From Pachysolen tannophilus NRRL Y-2460 (taxonomy: Eukaryota), in contig KV454017.1 in assembly GCA_001661245.1 (NCBI GenBank), positions 899,903 through 963,902 of the forward strand: 64,000 nt of DNA. Direction: 5' to 3'. Below are positions 12,407 to 24,326 of this stretch, piece by piece (positions within the stretch are counted from its first letter, which is position 1; each line of letters starts with the position of its first letter). The position numbers were made by a program, and so were the translations under genes. A model generated the notes under the pieces. It saw only the letters and a list, made by a program, of their open reading frames with translations. It did no database searches and had not been told where the DNA came from.

Positions 12407-13212
12407 TATATATATATATATATATGTATTCACGTTCAAGTTTTAGATACAAAAAAAAAAAGCCATTTTAAAATTAACAAAATTAACTAACTACGTAGTG
12501 GGGAATATCATTTTACTTACGCCTACGTCACCTACGTCATTACGATTAAGAAACTACTAACGAAAGAAAAGAAAAATTTATTTAAGAAAAAAAAAAAAAA
12601 AATCTTTGCTTTTGCAGGGCGCCAGCCCCTATATTGCTATCTGGCGGATTTTGCTACACTGGTTATTTGACAGTTTGGCGGTTTGATTATTGGACAGTTG
12701 AGCAGTTTGGTGGTTTGACGGGAAGACTTTTCAGGCTATAAAAAAAGAAAAGGAAAAAAAACCCCCTCAGCCTGCAGCAGTTGCTCACTCACAAGGAAGA
12801 AGAAGGTTGCTTGACTTGTTTAATTGTTAAGTTTATGACAAATAGAGGCGTTTTCTATTTTGTTTTTTTAAAAAAAAACTATGACTGTTTGATGCTTGCG
12901 TCAGTGTATGTCAGTTTGTGCATATCTAAGGTATGTATTATGAACATGAAATCTCAAACGTAATTTTAAAAGAAAGAAGGGAAAATCAACTTTTGCCGAT
13001 GACGACACCATATCAAGATATAATTTGAATTTTTAACTTTTTTTTTTGGTTGTACAATTAATCTAACTCAGTGTTGTTGTTGTTGTGTTGTACCTTTTTT
13101 TTTATATATATTTATTTATTTATTATCCCTGCTTCAGTTTAGTTTTAATTTTATTTTATAAGGAAGGTTGGTCAAAGCTCCGCGGAAGTAAAAATTTCAA
13201 AGAAGAAAAAGG

Positions 13213-13244
<32 letters not shown>

Positions 13245-13248
13245 TTAA

Positions 13249-13345
13249 CGACACCAGCAGGACTCGAACCTGCGCGGGAAAATCCCAAAAGATACCTTGA
13301 AAGGAAAATTCAAGTCTTTCGCCTTAACCGCTCGGCCATAGTGCC
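13249..13345 (-). tRNA. tRNA-Ser(UGA) with 15-nt intron (13294-13308)
   Basis: Reverse complement GGCACTATGGCCGAGCGGTTAAGGCG-AAAGA-CT-TGA-A-[TTTTCCTTTCAAGGT]-A-TCTTT, long variable arm, GGTTCGAGTCC T-loop, ending TGGTGTCG; intron at canonical 37/38 position. Confidence 0.95.
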
Positions 13346-14117
13346 TTTATATAAGTGTCGATACATCCTTATAATTAATACATACACTTTTTGTTTCTCT
13401 CACCTCACCTTCACTTCAAAGATTTCTTTTGATCTCATCACATTTTACTTTGGACTCAAAAAAAAACTTTCCCTGGGCTTATCGACTTGACACGTGAAGT
13501 CATCATTGACAGAACATATTTTTCTTTCCCTAATTTTCTTAATTTTCTTAATTTTCCTGCAAAGTTAAAAGCACATCAAGATTAGGGATAAATCTGAGAT
13601 CCACAAAGACGAACAAAACAGGAAATTCACAAACTGACAATAAAATCAAGAAATATTATCTTTAATTAACAAAAACAATTGATTTAAAATATTGAAAGCT
13701 CTTTTTTTTTTGTTTTGTTTTGTTTTTGGAGTTGATCATCTATAAATGAGAACAATTCCTTAATTGAATTTTTTAAATTAATGTTTTTTTTTTTAAAAAA
13801 GAAGAAAAGGTAAAGAAAAAAAAAAATAGTTAAATGTTGAAATACTATTAAAATAACCGCCAATTGAAAAAAAAAATAAAAGATAAATAAATAAATAACT
13901 AAAGAGATATAATTTGATATTATATTAATACCACATAAAGATTTATTTATTTATTTAAAATTATTATTATTATTATTATTATTGTTATTATTATTATTTA
14001 CTTCTTTTAAATCTCTACTATTGATTTCAATTGACAACAAAAATTAAATTCAACACTATTTTTTTGAAAAAAAAATTTGTAATAGGCAATAGATTATTGT
14101 TGAGCAATAATTTGAAA

Positions 14118-15403
14118 ATGTCAGGAAAAGATGCTCAAGTACCAATTCCATTACCACCGGATATTGATAATCCTCCAAAAAATATTCCATTAAGACCATT
14201 AGAGAAAAGGTATTGTACAATTTCAAGTCTTGGAAGTGGTAGTTTTGGTTCAGTTATCTTGGCTAAAAAAATTGATGGAACAGATTATAATGATAGTTCA
14301 GGTTTTAAAAATGGAACAATGTTGGATCCATTACCAGGTATTTCAATGAATAGTAATAAATTAGTGGCAATTAAAACTATGAATAAAAGATTACCTACAT
14401 TAAATGATTATAATAAAGTTAAAGAATTAAAATTTATTTTTTCAATTCCATCACATTCTTGTCTTGTTCAAATTTATGAAATCTTTGTGGATAATAGTAA
14501 ATTTCAATTACATATAGTTATGGAACCAATGAGTCAAAATTTATATCAATTGATGAAAGTTCGTCAACATAATTTATTTTCATCTGTTACTTTAAAAAGT
14601 ATTTTGGCTCAAATATTAGCAGGAATTAGACATATTCATAGATATTCTTATTTCCATCGTGATGTTAAGCCAGAAAATATCTTGGTAATTCAAAGTGCAG
14701 AATTTTATGGTTCTAAAGAAGCTGTTCCTCCTGAAAGAAGACAAGATAGATATGTTGTTAAATTAGCAGATTATGGATTAGCTAGACATATTAATAATAC
14801 AAGACCTTATACAGCATATGTTTCAACAAGATGGTATAGAGCTCCAGAAATTTTACTTAGAAAAAAATTTTATTCAAAACCAGTTGATATTTGGGCTTTT
14901 GGTTCAGTTGCTGTTGAATTAGCTAATTTTAGACCACTTTTCCCAGGTAAAGATGAATTAGATCAAACTTTAAGAGTTTTAGAAATTGCAGGTTCACCAA
15001 ATATACCGTCAGCATTTGATTTAGATGATAGTGGTTCTTCTGATTCAGTTCCATTAGGAGGTTATTGGGATGAAGCTGAATCATTATTTACTAAATTAGG
15101 TTTACAACCTCAATATTTTAGTGGAGTTCATATTAGTCACATTATTAAAGTTCCATTTTTAAGTGATATAGTTAAACGTTGTCTTATTTGGGATCCAAAT
15201 AGAAGAGCAACTGTTGATGAATTATGTCAAATGGTTTATTTTAAAAATCATATTGCATTAAAGGAAAATAATTCTTCAATTTCCGACGCACAAATATCTA
15301 ATAATAAAACAATGCAAGATTGGAATAAGAAAAATCTTATTGAAGAAAGATCAAATAAAGCAATTCAACAGCGGTCACTCAATAAACTTTTTGCAGGCAT
15401 TCC

Positions 15404-15434
<31 letters not shown>

Positions 15435-15899
15435 ATTCAACCACCACAACAGCTGCAACTGCAACTGCAACTGCTGCTGCTGCTGCTGCTTCTGCAACCA
15501 CCACAACACCATTTCCATCAAATTCCAGAATTTGCTTATAGAGGAGCAAATGGAATTCCACAAAACCTTAATCAAAATCAACAAGAAAATGAAATATTTT
15601 ATAATAATATGCAATTTTTACAACAAAATCAAATACCCCTGAATAATACAATTCCAAATACAATGCCTACTACAGAAGTGGATGAAGATATTTTAACCAA
15701 TTACCCACAAGAACTAGAAGAAGATCTTGAAGAATTTGATGAAGAAGAAGAACCATTATTCCCAGAAAATTATCAATCGGAATGGAATCTAATCGGTGAT
15801 AAAATCAACAGTGAAAAAAAGAGAGAATGGTTGAGTATGGACAATGCTACATGCTCAATTGCTGGTGATTACAACGAAGGATTTTTCAATTTCAAATAA
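14118..15899 (+). CDS. IME2: Ime2/MAK-family Ser/Thr protein kinase
   Basis: LGSGSFG, FHRDVKPENIL, LADYGLAR, PYTAYVSTRWYRAPE (TxY loop); first ATG at 14118; Q-rich C-terminal tail. Confidence 0.9.
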
Positions 15900-15990
15900 A
15901 TTTTGACAACAATAAATTATATGCTTTAATATTCTATTTAGGGCAAATTGCTCTTTATCTTTTCAATTTCTTTTCAAAAAACACACACAC

Positions 15991-16287
<297 letters not shown>

Positions 16288-16614
16288 NNNNNNNNNNNNN
16301 NNNNNNNNNNNNNNNNNNNNNNNNNNNNNNNNNNNNNNNNNNNNNNNNNNNNNNNNNNNNNNNNNNNNNNNNNNNNNNNNNNNNNNNNNNNNNNNNNNNN
16401 NNNNNNNNNNNNNNNNNNNNNNNNNNNNNNNNNNNNNNNNNNNNNNNNNNNNNNNNNNNNNNNNNNNNNNNNNNNNNNNNNNNNNNNNNNNNNNNNNNNN
16501 NNNNNNNNNNNNNNNNNNNNNNNNNNNNNNNNNNNNNNNNNNNNNNNNNNNNNNNNNNNNNNNNNNNNNNNNNNNNNNNNNNNNNNNNNNNNNNNNNNNN
16601 NNNNNNNNNNNNNN
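16288..16614. other. Assembly gap (N run)
   Basis: N characters followed by poly-T. Confidence 0.99.
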
Positions 16615-16651
<37 letters not shown>

Positions 16652-16973
16652 TAAAAATAAAATCAAGTTAATTTTGTGGGATTAAAAAAAATCGAAATTT
16701 AACAAAAAAAAATTTATGCATTATTATCAGTTTTTTCTTTTCAGTCATTCATTAATATATATATTCAGGTGATATATTGCTATTATCTAATCTATAACTT
16801 GAAATAAAAAATTATTTGAATAGATAAAAATACAAATCAGTAGACTATAAATACATCAAGGGTCTATTTTTTTATTATTATTATTAATTTTTTTTTATTT
16901 TTTTTTTTTATATTTTCTTTTTTACATTTTCTTTTTTCTTTTCTCTTGTCTTCTCTTGTTTTCTTTTGTTTTT

Positions 16974-18607
16974 TCAAATTTTGACATAGTCTATGTTTTC
17001 TTCCAAGTCGCCATCACCGACTTGATTTATTCGGGAGCTCACACCATCATCATCTTCTTCTAAAATATTCTCTTCTCCATCTTCCTCTTCTCCTTCACTA
17101 CTATTATTATCAAATACTTTCATAATAGTATTATAATCCATCTTATTTTTATTCAGGTCTGCAACGTTTGAAGAAGATGACGTCAAGTCATTATCCTCAT
17201 TTCTTACAACGTTTCCTCGATTAATATTTCCAGACCCATCACCAGCATTAGCACCAGTTTCATTATTTGTACCAACAATGAAATGATTCAATTTACAATT
17301 TTTCCCCCTTGGACACAACCCTGATTCGATAAAATCAGGACAACTAAAATCATGCCTTAATTCACAAGATTTACCCTTTGGACAATACCCACCAATTGCA
17401 AAATTTCTGCAAACAGGTATTTCTGGATTTGTAGTAGGTTCTAATTTATGTGTGAATAAACAATTTAAATTTGTACAATTACCATTGTTGAAAAACTTAC
17501 AACTTGGAGAATTGTACTGTGTTGGTCTGTGAGATAATAAACAATTTGGATTATTATGACATTGATTTTTTAAAAACAGTTTACATAAGGAGAGGTGCTG
17601 TGGATCATGCTTGAATTTGCATGTAGAACCTCTTGTACAGATACCTGCAAAAAAAAAAAAACAAAAAGCCAAATTGTTAGTAATGTGATTATAAATATTT
17701 TTAATATCATTTTGTGAGTACATACCAGTCCTAGTGTAAAAACGACAAGGCTCTTGAGATTCCAGTCTAAAAATAACAAATTATAATTAATCAATTTGGT
17801 GAAGTGATAAAATTGAAGAGTTTTTGTTAGTATTTTTTTTTCTTTTTTTTTTTTTGTAAATTAAAACCAGTGTAACTTTATGGATATATATATATATATA
17901 CGTACATTAGCACATCTTGGAGTGTGAAACCTTTTTTCAAATACGATCCGTCTTGTAATTTTAAATAATCACAATTATTATAATTAATGGTATTTTTATG
18001 ATCAATATCTTCTATATAATTTATTGGAATTAGTTTTAACCCATCATGCAGTATAATAAAAGATATACCATTAATTTTACATCTGTTACAATAATCATAT
18101 CTTATAGTTAATTCTTTAATTTTTTTCAATATTTTCAATTTTTTCAAATGTTTTAATTTTTCAATTTTTAAATCATTAATTTTTTTGGCAAGTTCTAATT
18201 TTCTCTTTTGATCATTTTCATATATTTTGGTATTAACTAAGCTTAATCCATTTTTTGAAACCTTTGATACAAACCTATTTCCCTGATTTATTCCAATATT
18301 TGAATCATTTGTTGTTGTTGTTGTTGTTGTTAAATTTGTATTTGTGTTATTATTATTATCATCATAATTAATATCATTATTTAAAACAAGAGATATATTT
18401 CTATGTTTCAGAGGTCTACTACGAAAAAATGAACTCTTTGGGAACCCTACCGCTTTCCGAGCAGGAAGTTCGCCACTTGTAATTTTTGGTTTATTCAAAG
18501 GTACAGAATATGTTTTCTTTGAATGAAGAGCTGCTATTGATTTTTTCGAACTTTCAATCGATTCTGTAAAAATTCTTATTGTTAATAATTTTAAACTCTT
18601 TTAACAA

Positions 18608-18645
<38 letters not shown>

Positions 18646-18712
18646 ACATACCTTGCAATAGCTGCATCTTAGCTAAAATCTTTTCAGCATTTTCATTTTC
18701 TTCACTCATCAT
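16974..18712 (-). CDS. Multi-CCCH zinc-finger protein (ZC3H3/Red5-like), 4 exons: 18712-18652, 18563-17906, 17766-17726, 17644-16974
   Basis: Introns GTATGT..TATTAAC..CAG, GTACGT..TACTAAC..TAG and GTATGT..TACTAAC..CAG join in frame: MMSEENENAEKILAKMQLLQESIE...EPCRFYTRTGICTRGSTCKFKH, followed by four more CCCH fingers. Confidence 0.85.
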
Positions 18713-19531
18713 ATTTACTTATTTTCTTATATTTTTAAATAACTAATATATTTATATATATAATATGCAATTTTTATACCAAATTATAAAGATTCGCTTA
18801 CACAAACAGTTGGTTGTTTTGCACACGATCGTTTTTTTTCTTAAATTTATTTTATTTAATTTAACAGTAACTAGCAGATTAACAAGAGACAAAGAAAAGA
18901 TATTTGAATTATTGATTTTTATAAGTATTCAAGTGTTTCTAGTTTTTTGTAGTCTTTTTGTTCTTTAATTACTGGATATGAGATTGTAAAATTGCTTGAA
19001 ATATGAGGATTTTTCAAATTTTTCAAATGCGAGTTTCACTAAGGTTGAGAAGGCTGATAAGGTTTGTGGAAAGAGGTATCTGAACCAATCTTAGAGCAGA
19101 ACTTATAGCTAACTATACCCTTGCCAAAAAAAAATAAATTCAAATCTGAATCTTATCCACAAAGAAAGTACCTATATCAACAGGAAGATCATTTATATAT
19201 ATTAATTTTATGGGTATTAATGAATTATTTGATATCATCATCATCGCTTACGTAAACACTCTTATATACGAACACACACACTCTACGCACTTGCGCTAAT
19301 TGTTTTAAGCAGTTACACAAGTGCGCACTAAATGTGCTCACTCCCTTTTTGTCTTGTTTTAATTTAATTTACACTACAAATATAAGTTTTTGAGCTATAT
19401 CGCACTACTTCTATTTTTCAGAGGTTTTTTTTTTTTTCTTTAAAATCTTTAATATCAGGAGAAAAAGGCCTAGAAAGTATAAAGGTTTAGAAGTTCTTAA
19501 CTATATATTATTAATGAATTAACAAGAGCAG

Positions 19532-21211
19532 ATGCCAGAGTATACAAGAGATGGGATAAAATCCTATTGTATATCTTTTATATCCAAGATATTGCCACTA
19601 GATGATGATACGTTATCTCAGATTGTGGATTATGCTTTGAACAATTTACATTCACAAGAAGAAGTTCAAAATCATTTTATAAATTTGATTGGTCAAGATC
19701 CAGAAAGTTTGGAGTTTATTACAAGGCTTCAATCTATGTTGTTTGGTGGAAATGATGTTGAAGAGGAGAAATCTAAGTCTAAGATTAAGGACAGAAATAG
19801 TGATAAGGATTTAAGGTCGTCACTGGTGGTGAGTTTGAAGCAACACAATACTGTTTCTAAAGGAAATGTTTGGAATCAAAATTTAAAAAATTCAAAAGAT
19901 TTAGGAACTTCAAATAAGCAAAGATTATCCAAGAATAATTCTTCTTCAACTACTTCAGAGCTTTTAGATAAAAAACCAGCACAAGCTGCTAAGAATCTGA
20001 AAAGTAAGAGTACTAAAAAGAGAACTTTGAATAATTTAAAAGATGTTGAAGCTGCTTTATTACAATTAGAAATAAATAGTAGTGATCCTACATTACCACA
20101 AGAGCAAATGCAAACAGGAAGACCCATACGAGTTTGTAATTGTATGGCAACTAAACATCCCTTATTTGAATTTTATCCAAACTGCTTGAATTGCGGTAAA
20201 ATAATATGTGCAAAAGAAGGTTTACAACCATGCTCTTTTTGTGGTAAAGAATTGTTATCTGATAAAGAAAAATTGGAAATAATGAATATTTTAACAAGGG
20301 AAAAGATTGATTTGGAAAATAAAGGAATTAAAAAATCATCCTCTTCACCTGGACCAACATCTCTGTCAAATGAAAACAAAAAGAAAAAATATACTATTTT
20401 GATTAATTCTTTAACTAGTAATAGTAGAGAAGAACAAGATAAACTTTTTAAAAAAATTGAACTGCAAAATCTGTTAAAAAATCAAAGAGAACAAGAAATT
20501 TTAGAAGAAGAAAAAAAAATTGCAGAACAAAAGGAAGAATTAAAAAAATATTCACAATTAAAAGATAAAGACCCAGAATTAATAAAAGCACAAGAAAGAT
20601 TAGATAACTTATTAAATTTCCAATCAGCTGGTGCAGAAAGAACAAAGATAATTGATCAAGCATCTGATTTCGAGTTACCAAATCAATCAGAGCTAAATGT
20701 TTGGGCGTCACCAATGGAAAGAGCTTTACAATTGAAAAAACAACAAAGACAATTGCGTAAACAGGAAGAATTAATTAAAGAAAGGTCGGGACGAGGAAGA
20801 AAAGTCTTGGATCTTTCAATAAGAGATGGTAAAGTTTTCGTTAGAGAAGAGGTCACATCCAAATCTTTAGATGATGATGAAAATGTTGATGATGAAGATG
20901 ATGAAGACAAAGATATGAAACATTTGGAAAAGCAAATTGCTAATCAAAAATTATTAGAGTCTGAAAAGAATTTCCAAAATGTTTGGGATTATGATAAGGA
21001 TAAATCAAGATGGGAAGCACCTATTTATATAAAAGATTCTAATACTAATAGTCTTTCGAAAAATGAAAAATTTTCAGAATTAGAATCAGAAAAAGATATA
21101 AACGATCAGAAACAACGTATTAATATCAAAGCTAATTCTAATGGATATTCAAGAATTCAATTAGGGGATGAAAAAGAAACAGAGAATTTATTAATAGGAC
21201 TACCAAGCTAG
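19532..21211 (+). CDS. RQT4: C2HC5 zinc-finger protein, ASC-1/TRIP4 family (ribosome quality control trigger subunit)
   Basis: CNCMATKHPL...PNCLNCGKIICAKEGLQPCSFCG and RTKIIDQASDF motifs. Confidence 0.85.
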   Translation: MPEYTRDGIKSYCISFISKILPLDDDTLSQIVDYALNNLHSQEEVQNHFINLIGQDPESLEFITRLQSMLFGGNDVEEEKSKSKIKDRNSDKDLRSSLVVSLKQHNTVSKGNVWNQNLKNSKDLGTSNKQRLSKNNSSSTTSELLDKKPAQAAKNLKSKSTKKRTLNNLKDVEAALLQLEINSSDPTLPQEQMQTGRPIRVCNCMATKHPLFEFYPNCLNCGKIICAKEGLQPCSFCGKELLSDKEKLEIMNILTREKIDLENKGIKKSSSSPGPTSLSNENKKKKYTILINSLTSNSREEQDKLFKKIELQNLLKNQREQEILEEEKKIAEQKEELKKYSQLKDKDPELIKAQERLDNLLNFQSAGAERTKIIDQASDFELPNQSELNVWASPMERALQLKKQQRQLRKQEELIKERSGRGRKVLDLSIRDGKVFVREEVTSKSLDDDENVDDEDDEDKDMKHLEKQIANQKLLESEKNFQNVWDYDKDKSRWEAPIYIKDSNTNSLSKNEKFSELESEKDINDQKQRINIKANSNGYSRIQLGDEKETENLLIGLPS

Positions 21212-21224
21212 AATTTATAAAAAA

Positions 21225-22574
21225 TTAATTATTTAATTTTTCCATATACCAGTCATTAATATCACTTATTTCATAATGATCTCTCTTAACTCTATAGCTA
21301 ATATTATGGGGCCAATTTGGATTAGATCTCCATTTCCACTTATTATTTAAATTTTCTTGCAAATTTTTTTCTAATTTTCTTGTTATATATTTACCTAAAT
21401 TAGGGAAAAATTTGAAACCATGTCCAGAATCTCCACAACATACCAAGATGTTTTCATTACTATCTGGAAGAAAATCAATTAAAAAATTTGAATCAATGGT
21501 ATCACTTATCCAACAACATTTTGAATCAATTAATTTATGTAATGCTAGCTCGGGTATTATCTTATTTAATAAGGTTTCCACTTGTTGTAATCCTTTAATT
21601 CTTGGGAATGTATCTGAAAAAAATTCATTTTTATAGCGAGGTAAAGATGATTGTTCAGTTGTTTTAGTATTATTTATTGTATTTTTAACATCGCAAAAAG
21701 TCATTGCAATTTTCATCATTTTTGTATTTTTATCTGGTGGGAAGAAATATCCCAATTCAGAACTAAAGAAAATGGGTAATTTTTCATATTTTTCAAATTC
21801 TTTATTGCTTAATTTGATATGAGTTATGAAAAGTCCTGTTGAATTAATTTGATTATTCAAATTTATTAAGTGACCTGTGGCTGCACCCATAGTTAATATT
21901 ATTTTATATGATTTATAAGATTTACCTCCATAGGTTATAACTATAACATTTTTCTTATCAATATCAATTACTTTCCCATCTTGACCAAATTTAAATATAA
22001 CTCCATTTTTAATACATTCATTATACACTGAAATTAAAGAATTTGAAGCATGACCATAACCAGCATCAGGGTTATACCTACATTGTACAATTCTAGTTTT
22101 AGTTTCAGTTTCAAATCCAATTTCTGAATCGAATAGATGAGTATCCCGAAGTTCAGGAATTATCTTAACAAATTGTGATTTCTCTTTAATTTCCACTATC
22201 CTATCTGGATCACAACCTAATTTAATTAAATTTTGTAAACCTTTTCTTTCATAATTCAACCTATTTAAATTATTTTTTTCATCCATTGGAGAAAGAGTTA
22301 CTCTACCACATTTGATAAAATGATTTTTGAAAACTGGATCTTTCTCCCATAATTCCAAAGCCTCAAGTGCCAATTTAGTATAATCAATATCGGAATATTC
22401 AGCTCTAATAATTTTATTCAAATCATTAGCTGCAGACCAAGGTGAAGGAATTGTAAAAGCATCAAGTGCAATAATTTTCTTTGATCCACCATACCGTCTA
22501 GAAAGATCCAATGCTGTAGAAAGACCAAATACCCCACAGCCAACAATCACAAAATCAGCATCTTCAGAACCCAT
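21225..22574 (-). CDS. FAD-dependent oxidase, sarcosine/L-pipecolate/fructosyl-amino-acid oxidase family
   Basis: IVGCGVFGLSTA dinucleotide fold, SAANDLNKIIR, CW..DT.D..FLID, GDSGHGFKF. Confidence 0.88.
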   Translation of the reverse strand: MGSEDADFVIVGCGVFGLSTALDLSRRYGGSKKIIALDAFTIPSPWSAANDLNKIIRAEYSDIDYTKLALEALELWEKDPVFKNHFIKCGRVTLSPMDEKNNLNRLNYERKGLQNLIKLGCDPDRIVEIKEKSQFVKIIPELRDTHLFDSEIGFETETKTRIVQCRYNPDAGYGHASNSLISVYNECIKNGVIFKFGQDGKVIDIDKKNVIVITYGGKSYKSYKIILTMGAATGHLINLNNQINSTGLFITHIKLSNKEFEKYEKLPIFFSSELGYFFPPDKNTKMMKIAMTFCDVKNTINNTKTTEQSSLPRYKNEFFSDTFPRIKGLQQVETLLNKIIPELALHKLIDSKCCWISDTIDSNFLIDFLPDSNENILVCCGDSGHGFKFFPNLGKYITRKLEKNLQENLNNKWKWRSNPNWPHNISYRVKRDHYEISDINDWYMEKLNN

Positions 22575-23376
22575 TTTTTCTTATTTGATAGCTTTAAAGT
22601 TAGTCATTGTTCATAATTGTTCAATTTCTCTTATCGCTTCCACCAAGGGCCAAGGGCCTCTTTATCTATTCTTTATCTCTCCCCCGGCTCACTTCCCGCT
22701 TCCCGCTTCCCGCTTCTGGTTTCCCGTTTCCGCTATTTTTCAAGAAAAGGCTCCGGCCAAATTACCCTCTTTTCGTAAGAGAAAAAGAGAAAAATTTTTT
22801 TTTTTCAGTTTTTCGCTGTTGTGAAAAAAAAAAATCATATAAATTGGAGCGTTTCCCTTGTCACCCTTGATTTTGCAAACTATCATCAGTAGTGGTTATA
22901 CTATCTCTTAAAAAGATATATAACATTTATAACACTATAAAAAAATAGAAACTTCATAGCGAACTTCTCAGTTGAACATTATGTTTTCTGATTTAGTTTG
23001 CGTTCAGCTAAGTGTTTTTTGACTTTTTTAACAGAAGAGTAACAAAAAACATTTCGTTTCTGGTTTCTTAGACTTTAAAGTGCTATGCGCTAGTTGCTAA
23101 ATTGATAATCTTGTTTTCTTTCCTTTGTGGAAGATCTTGAAAGATTATTTGGCTATGCGCGTTGCTACATTCATTATTATATAGCAAAAAAAGAAAAATC
23201 TATTCTCTTTTCAAATTTGTCTTGTAAACTCTAGATTAATAATAATTAACATACATCTATTACAAATTTTTATAAAATACAGAAATGATTTTTGAAATTA
23301 ATTAATCTCTCTAATAAAAGTATATATATATATATATTTATGTACAAAAAAAATGAAATACTTTTCAAAAAAGAGT

Positions 23377-23831
23377 TTAATTATCTTTCATTTTACCTTT
23401 CTGCAATTCTTCTGCTGCTTGTAATTCTGCTTTTAACCTTTCCAGAGCTCTATAAACTTTACTTTGTAAGTAAAACGATCCACCATTTTCTTTTGAATTA
23501 ATATTAAATAAATAATCATATTTTTTATCAACAATATCTCTTGATAAACCTTTTGTATCAACATCCAATATCTTTGAAGCCTCATCCAACGTTATTTGAT
23601 TATCAGCAACTTTTGTCGCCTGTGAAGCAGACAGCTTTGTTGTAGTGGCTGCTGCTTGTCTATATGCCTCTGTAAATGCTCTACCAAATACTTTGGCACC
23701 CGTTAATATAACCTGAACCACCAATCTATGAGCCTACATCGAAAAAGACAAAAAAAAAAACAAAAGAAAAATTTTTTTTTAAAGTTAGTAACAAACCAAA
23801 TACCAATAAAAACTTATATAAAACTTACCAT
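23377..23831 (-). CDS. PAM16: Mitochondrial import motor subunit Pam16/Tim16; exon 1 = ATG only (23831-23829), intron 23828-23734
   Basis: ATG|GTAAGT...TACTAAC...TAG|GCT gives MAHRLVVQVILTGAKVFGRAFTEAYRQA; GGSFYLQSKVYRA motif. Confidence 0.95.
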
Positions 23832-24326
23832 TATCTCGATTCCTTAATTATACCTTCAATATAAATTCTCCACAACTTATCAAATCTATAATACCTTTCT
23901 TGTTAATTATGTCTTTTCGTATTTTTTGTATTCAATTAAAAAATTTTTTAATCGTTTTTGCCACGACAAAAAAAAAACAACAGAAAAAAAAATTGAAAGA
24001 AGGAAAGAAAAGAGTTGTAAAAGTTGTATTATAATTATAATAGAGAAAAAAAGAAGAAGTAGTTTAAAGGATCAATCAGCAGATAGAGAAATCATTATTT
24101 GAGTTGAAGAAGTAGATATATTTCTCAGTAGTTTGTTTTTGTTTTCGTTTTTGGATTGGATTGGCTTGTGGAGGAATTGCGAGATTTTATTTATTTATTT
24201 ATTTTTAATTGATATTGAGTTTGAGTTATAAAAATAAAATTAAATTTTTTGGTTGTTTTTTTTGGTTGTTTTTCATCAGGTAAAAAAGATTGAAGTATTG
24301 AGAATATTGGTAATACTATTTTTCGG

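Noticed and set aside
12755..12790. snR37-like guide elements (AAACC...GCTCAC) near PRM10/IME2
   Set aside because: The intervening sequence does not form a convincing stem and there is no H/ACA architecture; probably chance.
18960..19200. Possible hidden small gene or ncRNA between the CCCH gene and RQT4
   Set aside because: Only short stop-bounded frames are present, with no recognisable motif or structure.
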